Positions 40,701-50,200 of a stretch of DNA of 64,000 bases are shown in pieces (position 1 is the first letter of the stretch; each line of letters starts with the position of its first letter). The DNA is taken from assembly GCA_037447605.1 (NCBI GenBank), contig CM074818.1, positions 756,617 through 820,616 of the forward strand. Direction: 5' to 3'. Source of the DNA: Zygnema circumcarinatum SAG 698-1b. Taxonomy: Eukaryota > Plantae > Zygnematophyceae. Below the pieces are notes generated by a model that had not been told where the DNA came from, did no database searches, and saw only the letters and a list, made by a program, of their open reading frames with translations. A program made the translations under genes and the position numbers.

Positions 40701-42634
40701 TCCCCGATCCATCACCAGCTCGCGGACCCTCTCCATTTGAGCCCCCGACTCCATCACCAGCTCCCGGACCCTCTCCATTTGCGCCCCGACGACTCCATCA
40801 CCAGCTCCCGGACCCTCTCCATTCGAGGCCCCGACTCCATCACCAGCTCCCGGACCCTCTCCATTCGAGTCCCCGACTCCATCACCAGCTCCCGGACCCT
40901 CTCCATTCGAGTCCCCGACTCCATCACCAGCTCCCGGACCCTCTCCATTCGAGTCCCCGACTCCATCACCAGCTCCCGGACCCTCTCCATTTGAGGCCCC
41001 GACTCCATCACCAGCTCCCGGACCCTCTCCATTTGAGGCCCCGACTCCATTGCCAGCTCCTGGACCTTCGCCATTCGAGCCCCCGACTCCATCACCTTCT
41101 GCCGGACCCTCTCCATTTCAGCCTCCCACTCTACCACCATCTCCCGGACCCTCTCCATTTCAGCCTCCCACACTACCACCAGCTCCCGGACCCTCTCCAT
41201 TTCAGCCTCCCACACTACCACCAGCTCCCGGACCCTCTCCATTTCAGCCTCCCACATTACCACCAGCTCCCGGACCCTTTCCATTTCAGCCTCCCACACG
41301 TCCACCAGCTCCCGGACCCTCTCCATCTGAGCCACCCACTCTACCACTTCCTCCCGGACCCTCCCCATTTGAACCACCCACACCACGGCCAGCTCCCGTT
41401 CCCCCGCCATTTGAGCCTCCCACGTTACCACCAGCTTCCAGACCCTCTCCATTTCAGCCTCCAATGCTGGCACCAGTTCCCGGACCCACTCCTTTTAAGC
41501 CACCCACTCTAACACCAGCTCCCGGACCCTCTGCATTTGAGCCTCCGACTCGCCCACCAGTTCCGATACCCTCTCCTTTCGAGCCCCCGCCAACTTCAGG
41601 GCCATCTCCTGATGAGCCTCCTCCGCTGCCACCATCTTTGGAACCTCCTCCATATGAGCCCCCTCCTGTTTTTCCCCCTGAAGGACCTGTTCCTAGCCCC
41701 CCTGCTTATGAACCTTCTCCATTTCTCCCCCCCAATATGCAACTTTCTCCTCCCATCCCCCCTCCATCATTGCCCTTGCATCCTTCTCCCCCGCCTCCTG
41801 CGCCTGGCCCATCCATACCGAAAAGCTTTAACCTTGTAGGCGAGAGTTTCGCCACCGGCGCTGGCAAAATGTTGGTGTTTGCACCTGTCATTCTATCAGA
41901 TCCTGTGGTTCCCACTCGTACCTCCCCAATACCCGTAACAAAACTCACTACGCCTCTGCAGAAGTCCGGTAATTTTGTTACGTTTTTGCAATTACTCCTG
42001 GAACTGAGAGTTGGAAGTAGTTCTCTAATGAATTACATCACAAGCCTTTCATGTGGGACCATACTTGCTCCAACCGATGCGGCATTCACGAAGCAGCACG
42101 GAGCCATTGTTGAGTATGTAAGCAGGGCAAGGACGGAAGATCAGATCAGCGCCTTCACTAACATCATGCTATATCATGTCCTTCAGCCTCAGCTCAATTA
42201 TACAGATCTCCAGGTGAGAGCACTTAAATCCTTTGCTTTTGAGTAACTCTGTAAAATATATCTAAGGTCGTTTTCATTGTGTTGTTTTGCCAAATGCCAA
42301 CGTATGTCATTCAAGGTATGAGTTTTGACTTTACTGAGTTCTGGCATTTCTCTGTTTAATTGCTGCTGTGCAGGCGTCCGGGCCATCTGTCGTAGTAGCC
42401 ACTCGTCTTGGAGATTGGAAGCTGCATGTTGAGAATGAAGCAGGAACAGCAGTGAAGTTCTCGAAGGTGAACGGAGAGGCGGACTTTGGCGCCTATGTTG
42501 TCTTCCCAGACCTTGTGAAGGAGCCCTGCTTGAGCCTTCATGGAATTGATGATGTTCTTATTCCTGAGGCTTCAAGTTATCGAAGAGGAACACAAACTGA
42601 GGAAGAGGGAGAGGGACAGGACGAGGGAAAATAA
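31725..42634 (+). CDS. Giant chimeric fasciclin-like / STIG1 / proline-rich (extensin-AGP-like) secreted glycoprotein, ~3,000 aa; frameshifts within the repeat exon
   Basis: Exons 31725-32063 (signal peptide, FAS1 H1 TLLAPTDRA), 33578-34245 (FAS1 H2 [13 protein letters not shown] repeats, start of STIG1 [12 protein letters not shown]), 34386-42213 (STIG1 [19 protein letters not shown], Pro-rich arrays, second FAS1 [14 protein letters not shown]), 42374-42634 ([10 protein letters not shown], stop). Confidence 0.85.
32530..33010. repeat. ~115-bp GA-rich tandem repeat in intron 1 of the fasciclin gene
   Basis: About four units of ggagagcgagaagagtggagagggagacggcaggagaaggtgaatgg...gtagggagagaatgtgggg. 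Confidence 0.75.
34500..39120 (+). repeat. Coding tandem array, 57/60-nt unit, [14 protein letters not shown](T/S)PPP(P)(V/L)
   Basis: Roughly 75-80 units in exon 3; synonymous third-position variation (ACA/ACG, CCA/CCT) in the Pro-rich frame. Confidence 0.9.
39250..41600 (+). repeat. Coding tandem array, 42-nt unit, APGPSPF(A/E/Q)PPT(P/L)(S/P)P
   Basis: Roughly 50 units directly following the first array, AGP-like AP/SP/TP dipeptides. Confidence 0.9.
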
Positions 42635-43364
42635 AGATGTAACCATTGAATAAGTTGATTGGAGCAAATTCTATGTTAGTAAAGAAAGTGTAGTAGTAAT
42701 GCTTAAGTAGGTTTATGAGGGCAACGGAGCGAGAGTGAGAGGTAGACAGGCAGGGACTAAGGGCGGACTGGTCACTTTGGAAAGGATGACAGAGAAAAGT
42801 CTCTGTACATCATACTTTATGGTTTCTTCCCTTTCATTTTATCGTCGTTGCTACTTAAAGATTTTCTTATTGTTATTTGTACCATTTTTGTCGTTAATAA
42901 TCGTCATGAGAACTTTGAATTCGTCGTGTTGACTCGACGGGGCTCCTTACATTTTATTTGCAGCATTGTGCTTTAGATCATATAGATCCAGCTCGCAGCT
43001 TATTAATGGCACACCTGGAATTTAATTTTTCCGACGTCCTGCTTCAGATAGCGCATGCAATTGGCGGTGTCCTATGGATGCACGGATCAATGTTCCATGA
43101 TAGAATTTAACCATGACCACACTAAGGCCGAGAGGTCCTCGTCGCCGCGCGCGTCACCGCGTCATCCCCCTCTCCCCCTCTCACCTCTCTCCTCTCCCAC
43201 TCCCTCTCCCTCTCCCCCTCGATCTCCCTCTCCCTCTCCCTCTCCCTCTCCCTCTCCCCCTCCCTCTCCCTCGCCCACTCCCTCTCCCTCTCCCTTTCCC
43301 ACTCCCACGCCCTCGCCCTCTCTCCTCTCCCACTCCCTCACCCTCTCCCTTCCCCCCTCTCCCC

Positions 43365-43985
43365 CATCTCGCAGTCTTTCTGTCAATATAGTATCGGATA
43401 CAATATCTGGTTTTCCGGTATAGTGATAGGTTGTTTCATTAGTTCTATTAGGGGGTGTCAGACTTAACAAAATCTTACGAAAAGCGTTACGAAAAAAAAG
43501 GTTACGAAAGTACTCCGCCGCAGGAGGATCGCGATTATACTGGAGTACTCGTTCTGATGTCAAACTTACGAACACGCGTACTGAATTTTTTTAAGTCTGA
43601 CACCCCCTATTGAGCGATATTCTTTGTGCTTTGTCTGAACGAGATTATAGGGTTTTCTCATCATTGCGAGTTTCGAAGCTTTTGGGGATTCAAGTTGGAG
43701 GCTATTTTGTATTTTTTCTCACATTTCTGAAGTTTTTAGGGTTGCTGAATCTCACAATATATATTTTGAAGGGCTACTCTTGACCAGGACATACTGTTCC
43801 ATGCAAACGGACGTTTTCTCAAAAAAAAAAAAATCGTCGGTTATATACACGTCCTTGCCTGTTCTCCTCCCCCCTGCCGTCCTTTTTTACCTTTCTACTC
43901 TCTATTTTTTTACTCTCCCACGCTCTTTCACTCTCTCTCACGCTTTCTCACTCTCTTCCTCGCTCTCCCTCCCTCTCTCGCCCCT
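43365..43985 (+). repeat. Displaced copy of PKD2-like intron 23 sequence
   Basis: Matches ~61118-61560 (catctcgcag..ctgtcaata..gtatcggat..ccggtatagtgatag..ttgaccaggac..tatacacgtcc) with no flanking exons. Confidence 0.75.
43450..43608. mobile_element. 159-bp PIF/Harbinger-type MITE
   Basis: TIRs AGGGGGTGTCAGACTTAA; 3-bp TSD ATT (43447-43449, 43609-43611); empty site visible at ~61196-61205 (agttctattcggcg). Confidence 0.8.
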
Positions 43986-44079
43986 CTTTGTTTGCTTGTT
44001 TGAATAGTTTTAGCCAACTTCTTTAAGGCTTTGTGCTTCTACTTTCCTTCTTCACAACCTTTGCAACTATGCTACATTT

Positions 44080-45470
44080 CTTTGCTGCTCAAAGTCTCTA
44101 GACTTGCACCATCTCTTTCTTACTCATTGCCACTAAGGATCTCCAGCTCAGGTGATCTAACCTCTTGTGCCATAAATCAACATTTGCAGTATATGCTTTC
44201 AATACATGTGACTCTATAAAATGTCTTCCTCTCTTGCCACTTGAACATCTCACTCTGTACAAATTTCCATTGTCATACGCCTCCAAGGCTAGGCGGCCAT
44301 TTGATCTTCTCACTGTGCATCTGTCTCCAAAGAAATTGACATTCAGACCATTTTTGGCAACCTGCCTTACAAACATTAAGTTCTTTTCAAGGCTGGGAGC
44401 ATACAGAACCTTTGACACGAGAACTTCCTCCTGCTATGGTCACACCATGAGGTTCAGCTTCACAGCCACGACTTCATCCACTATCTCCTCTCCTCCATTG
44501 GCTACTCGAAGAATCTTTGGAGCTGCCAGCTTCCTCATCTCCACAAATTCATTTTTATTGGCACATATATGATGTGATGCGCCAGTATCCACTATTCAAT
44601 CTGCTGTTTGCGCCTTCTCCTCCAAATTATTGGTTGACTCCTCATTCTCCTCTACACCTGCTTGAAGACTTTTCACTGAAGCTGTAAGTCCTCTAATTCC
44701 ACCTTGTCTACCAAAGCCGCCTCTTCCTCTACCTTGTGGTTTATGAAAAACAATCTCAAGCCATATGCCCTGGCTTTCCACACACAAAGCATCCTTCTCC
44801 CTTCGTGTCTTCACTCTATCCATTAGCACCTCTCCAAACTCCTCTTCCACCACCTGCACCATTTCCTGCACCGGAACTCCTTGAGCTGCTCCAGCAATCC
44901 TTTGCAAGATGTCCTGGTTTCCCACAATTATAGCATGATGCCTGTTGTGCCTGCCCTATGCGTCCTCCGAGTCCACTTGATGAACCTCCACAGAAAACAC
45001 CCCCTCTTGCTCCACGACCTCTTCCTCTACCTTGTGGTTTATGAAAAACAATCTCAAGCCATAATAATAATTGCCATAATTGGCCGCATAAGCATCCACC
45101 TCTTCTCCTCCATATGTACCTCCACTTTCACTATGAAAGGCCTCACTAAGTTGAGATCTATGACCTACAAATTTCTGCATCCTTTGCTTGTTATATTGCT
45201 CTGATTTAGCTGCCCTCATGCACCAACCAGCTCTTTGTCACTCAGCTTTTATACCACATTGTGAAGGGAAATGACGCATTCTCATTTACAGCATACTGAT
45301 GATGAACACACCACACATTCCCATTGGACCTGCACAGAACTCATAATCACTTTCTTTATTTCATCAGAGGTCTCAATACAACTCACGTCATCCTCCTTTC
45401 GCTCATCCTCTGTTACTCAGCATCTGCGCAGCTCTTCTTTTTCTACTCACTATCTAAGCTTCCAGAGCAC
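44080..45470 (-). mobile_element. Degenerate Ty1/Copia retrotransposon fragment (gag zinc knuckle, protease end, GAG-pre-integrase)
   Basis: Minus strand: CFVCGKPGHMA*DC knuckle with a stop (~44755-44800); VLYAPSLEKNLMFV...DLWHKRLDHLS (44098-44418). No RT and no clear LTR. Confidence 0.75.
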
Positions 45471-46864
45471 TCTTTCCTGAATCATCCTTCTTGAACCTCG
45501 TACATTTGCGACGCTTCGCCTGACACTTCTCGTCCTCCTCGGACCTTCCTGAAAGTACTCACACGCGATATCCCTTTCACACCTAATCTCCGTACACATG
45601 TCCGTACACATGTCCGTACACCTTCCGTACACCTTCCGTACAACCCGTAGCATCACAATCCATCACACCTTTCCAGGGTTCTTCTAATAGGGGAGATCCC
45701 CTAAATATCGTAAATAGCTTATTTATGTAAGATTTTGAGATTAGTTTACGTGATTTCAACTTAAATACCACACAAGCCCCAAAAAAGCATTTTTTTGGTT
45801 AAAAACAAAAAGGAAATGAATTGCATTTGCAACCACGATAGCAATGATGTATATGAACTTTACTTGTTGGTATAACAACACGGCTTTAGAAACTGGTGCA
45901 ACCTCTTCGACTCTTATAGATTGGTAAATTTTACCAATCAATTAGAACAACTGTGCATTTGGCAATCACAACATATAGTTGCTTATTCAAAAACCCAATT
46001 GCACGAAAACTTTGTAGATCCAATCCTAAGCTCTCTATTTCCTTTTCCATCCATCATTAATTACTCCAAGTATCACTTTAGAATCCATCATAGTCTTGAA
46101 ATTTCCTCACAAAAACTCTATTCCAAATCATAACCTCTGAAATTCTAGGTGTAGTCACAAAAGAAAAACTGAAATAGGAATTAAAATTAGAAATGAAATG
46201 AAAAATGGTCTCACTCCCTTAGGAGTTTTAGGTTGAAGAAGACAGCTATAGAAGTGATGCAAACTACTCAAAGAGACCCTCGAAGAACGTTCAAACTATC
46301 AAACTGTTTGCAATGAAGAATGCCTTCCAATGAAAAGTCTGTCAACCTCTTTCGAAACTCGTCTTTCTCCCATCCAATTACTGAAAAATCAGACTCGACA
46401 GTAGCAGTGTTGGGAAATGATGAACGTCCTTACGTGCACGGTTTCGTCCGTACAGTCCATATTTACGTGTTTTTACAAAACCAAGTTAGGGGACAGTCCC
46501 CTATCTTAAGCCGAAATCCCCTATTTGACGAACCCTGCACCTTTCCCGTGCGGGGTGAAGTCATCATCACTTCGAATTTCACTTCTTGTCAATTCAGAAT
46601 TGCGCTTCCCACCGTGTCTTCGCCCCCTTGTTCCAAGCTTATTTACCCAAATTGGATTGCCTTTTCCACCGCCTCCACAACACCCCTTCCCTCACAGGCT
46701 CCAAAGTTTCATGCTCCGATACCACATGCGGCGGACGCTCCTCGGCTCAAGAGTGCCAGCGCCTAGCGAGCCTGGGAGGGTGCTCCGCCGGTCACCCCCC
46801 GCCGAACCTTCTGCATAGATCGACAACAGCAATGCTGCTCTGCTGGCGGTTAAGACCCGTGCAA

Positions 46865-47170
46865 TGCACGGCACCGCAACCGGGGAGCGCGGAAGATGTT
46901 TTGTCGCGATGCGCGTCACACGCGCCCAAGCGCGAAAAATGTTTTGTCGTGTTTGGCCTCACATCCCTTGGCCCAGCGCGGAAGATGTTTTGTCGCGATG
47001 CGCGTCACACGCGCCCAAGCGCAGAAAATGTTTTGTCGTGTTCGGCGTCACACCCCTTGGCCCAGCGCGGAAGATGTTTTGTCGCGATGCACGTCACACG
47101 CGCCCAAGCTGGGCACGGAAAGTGTTTTGTCGTGTTGCGCGTCACACTCCCCCTTTGGCCAAGCGCGGAT
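46865..47170. repeat. CpG-rich tandem repeat (~90-bp unit of two ~45-bp halves) immediately upstream of the channel gene
   Basis: Repeats of cccagcgcggaagatgttttgtcgcgatgcgcgtcacacgcgcccaagcgc...; the TTGGCCCAGCGCGGAA core also occurs upstream of the paralogue (~16665). Confidence 0.75.
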
Positions 47171-47237
47171 GTTCCTGCTTTCCCACTCCTCACTCAACCT
47201 CTCCCTCTCCTCGCCTTCGCCCTCCCCTCCTGCAGCC

Positions 47238-50200
47238 ATGGCGGTGCAGGACGTCGTGATGCGAGACGAGCTTCTTTATGTGGCGGAGGAGAAGTAAGTA
47301 GAGGGAGGGGGGATAGGAGAGAGGGACCGGGAGAGTGAGGGAGAGAGGGAGGGATATATTGAAAAGGGGAGAGAAGGAGGGAGGCGGAGAGAGAGTGAGA
47401 GGAAGGGATAGAGAAGGGGAGGGAAGGAGGGAGGCGGAGAGCGAGGGAGGAGGGATAGAGGAGGGGAGGGAAGGAGGGAGGCGGAGAGTGCGAGAGGGAG
47501 GGATAGAAGAGGGGAGGGAAGGAGGGAGGCGGCGAGAGAGAGAGGGAGGGATAGAAGAGGAGGGGAGGGAAGCAGGGAGGAGGAGAGAGGGAGAGAGAAA
47601 GAGATAGAGGAGGGGAGGGAAGGAGGGAGGCGGAGAGAGAGAAAGAGGGAGGGATAGAGGAGGGAGGAAGGAAGGAGGGAGGCGGAGAGAGAGAGAGGGA
47701 GAGATGGAGGAGGGGAGGGAAGGAGGGAGGCGGAGAGAGAGAGAAAGGAAGGGATAGAGGAGAGGAGGGAAGGAGGGAGGCGGAGAGAGAGGGAGGGAGG
47801 GATAGAGGAGGATGGGAGGGAAGGTGGGAGGCGGAGAGAGAGAAAGTGGGAGGGATAGAAGAGGAGGGGAGGGAAGGAGGACGGTGGAGAGAGATAGAGG
47901 GAGGGATAGAAAAGGAGGGGAGGACAGGAAGGAGGCGGAGAGAGAGAGAGGAAGGGATAGAGGAGGAGAAGGGGGATGGAGGGAGGCGGAGAGAGAGAGA
48001 GTTAGGGATAGAGGAGGAGGGGAGGGAAGGAGGGAGGTGGAGAGAGAGAGAGAGGAAGGGATAGAGAAGGGGAGGGAAGGAGGGAGGCGGAGAGAGAGAG
48101 AGAGTGAGTGATAGAGGAGGGGAGGGAAGGAGGGAAGCGGACAGAGAGAGAGGAAGGGATAGAGGAGAAGGGGAGGGAAGAAGGGAGGCGGAGAGAGAGA
48201 GAGGAAGGGATAGAGGAGAAGGAGGGAGGCGGAGCGGAGAGAGAGAGAGAGAGAGAGGGAGGGAGGGAGTGAGGCAGAGACGGAGCGAGGAGGGATAGAG
48301 GAGGAAGGGAAGGAAGGAGGGAGGCGGAGAGCGAGAGAGAGAGGGAAGGATAGAGGAGGAGGGGGGGGGAGCGGGGAGGCGGAGAGATAGAGAGGGAGGG
48401 ATAGAGGAGGGGAGGGAAGGAGGGAGGCGGAGAGCGAGAGAGAGAGGGAAGGATAGAGGAGGAGGGGGGGGGAGCGGGGAGGCGGAGATAGAGGGGAGGG
48501 ATAGAGGAGGGGGGGAGGCGGAGGGAGGTGGAGAGAGAGAGAGGGAGGGATAGAGGAGGGGAGGGAAGGAGGAAGGCGGAGAGAGAGAGAGAGGAGGGAT
48601 AGAGGAGGGGGAGGGAGGGAGGGATAGAGGAGGGGAGGGAAGGGGGGAGGCGGAAAGTGAGAGAAAGGAAGGGATAAAGGAGGAGGGGTGGAAGGAGGGA
48701 GGCGGAGAGAGAAAGAGGAAGGGATAGAGGAGGGGAGGGAAGGAGGGAGGCGGAGAGAGAGAGAAAGGAAGGGATAGAGGAGGAGGGGATGGAAGGAGGG
48801 AGGCGAAGAGAGAGCGAGAAAGGGATAGATGAGGGGAGGGAAGGAGGGAGGCGGAGAGAGAGAGAGAGAGGGAGGGATAGAGGAGGGGAGGGAAGAGGGA
48901 GGCGGAGAGAGAGAGAGAGGGAAGGATAGAGGAGGAGGGGAGGGAAGGCAGGAGGCGGAGAGCAAGAGAGAGGGAGGGATAGAGGAGGGGAGGGAAGGAG
49001 AGAGGCTGAAAGAGAGAGAGGGATAGATAGAGGAGGGGAGGGAAGGAGGGAGGTGGAGAGGGAGAGAGAGGGAAGGATAGAGGAGGAGGGGAGGGAAGGC
49101 AGGAGGCGGAGAGAAAGACAAAAAGAGAAGGATAGAGGGGGGGGAGGGGGGTTGCGGAGAGATAGAGATTGAGGGATAGAGGAGGGGAGGGAAGAAGGGA
49201 GGCGGAGAGAGAGAGAGAGGAAGGGATAGAGAGGAAGGGAGGGAAGGAGGGAGGCGAAGAAAGAGAGAGGAAGGGATAGAGGAGGAGGGGAGGGAAGAAA
49301 GAAGGCGGAGAGAGAGAGAGAGGAAGGGATATAGGAGAGGAGGGAATGAGGGAGGCGGAGAGTGAGAAAGAGGGAGGGATAGAAGAGGGGGAAAGGGAGG
49401 GAGGGAGGCAGAGAGAGAGAGAGAGGAGGTATAGAGAGGGAGGGGAGGGAAGGAGGGAGGCGGAGAGAGAGAGAAAGGAAGGGATAGAGGAGGAGCGGAT
49501 GGAAGGAGGGAGGCGGAGAGAGAGAGGAGAAGGGATAGAGGAGGAGGGGAGGGAAGGAGGGAGGCGGAGAGAGAGAGAGAGAGAGATCGATAGAGGAGGA
49601 GGGTAGGGAAGGACGGAGGCGGGGAGATAGAGTGAGGGAGGGATAGAGGAGGGGAGGGAGGGAGGGAGGGAGGCGGAGAGAGAGAGAGAGGGAGGGATAG
49701 AGGAGGAGGGGAGGGAAGGAGAGAGGCGAAGAGTGAGAGAGGGAGGGATAGAGAATGGGAGGGAAGGAGTGATTTGGAGAGAGAGAGAGAGAGGGAGATG
49801 AGGGACGGATGGAAAGCAAAAAGAAATATAAATCGAAAATTTAATTTCAGGATCTTTTTCAAGGTTCAACTTACGTTTCATGTGTATGGGAAAATATTTG
49901 GAACGGGTTGGAATGTCGTGTTTAGGGTTTTCATTGCAGCTGAGAATGCGATGGTGTTGAATGCAGAGTCATATTCGATACAGGCGGCGATGGCGAACTT
50001 AATGTTACCATGGAGGAAAAGCATCACCTGCAAGGTGAAAATGATTGTGCTAGAAATTACATGAGGAGATATGAATATCTATTCTGTGTGTTCAAAGGAA
50101 CACGGAATGTAAATAAAACATGCAAAATTCGACCTTTTCCCATTGGAGCAAGTGGACTTGCTGGAGAATGTCTGTCGTGGTCCATTTCCAATCCCAAATA

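Noticed and set aside
34500-41600. Dual-coding of the Pro-rich arrays ([20 protein letters not shown]; [14 protein letters not shown]) and antisense Gly/Val/Met ORFs
   Set aside because: Unit-to-unit variation is synonymous in the Pro-rich frame (ACA/ACG) but non-synonymous in the others; open alternative frames are expected in short C-rich repeats.
47190-49881. Very long minus-strand ORFs (890, 895 and 605 aa)
   Set aside because: Pro/Ser/Leu-only translations of the GA minisatellite in intron 1; stop codons are absent for compositional reasons.
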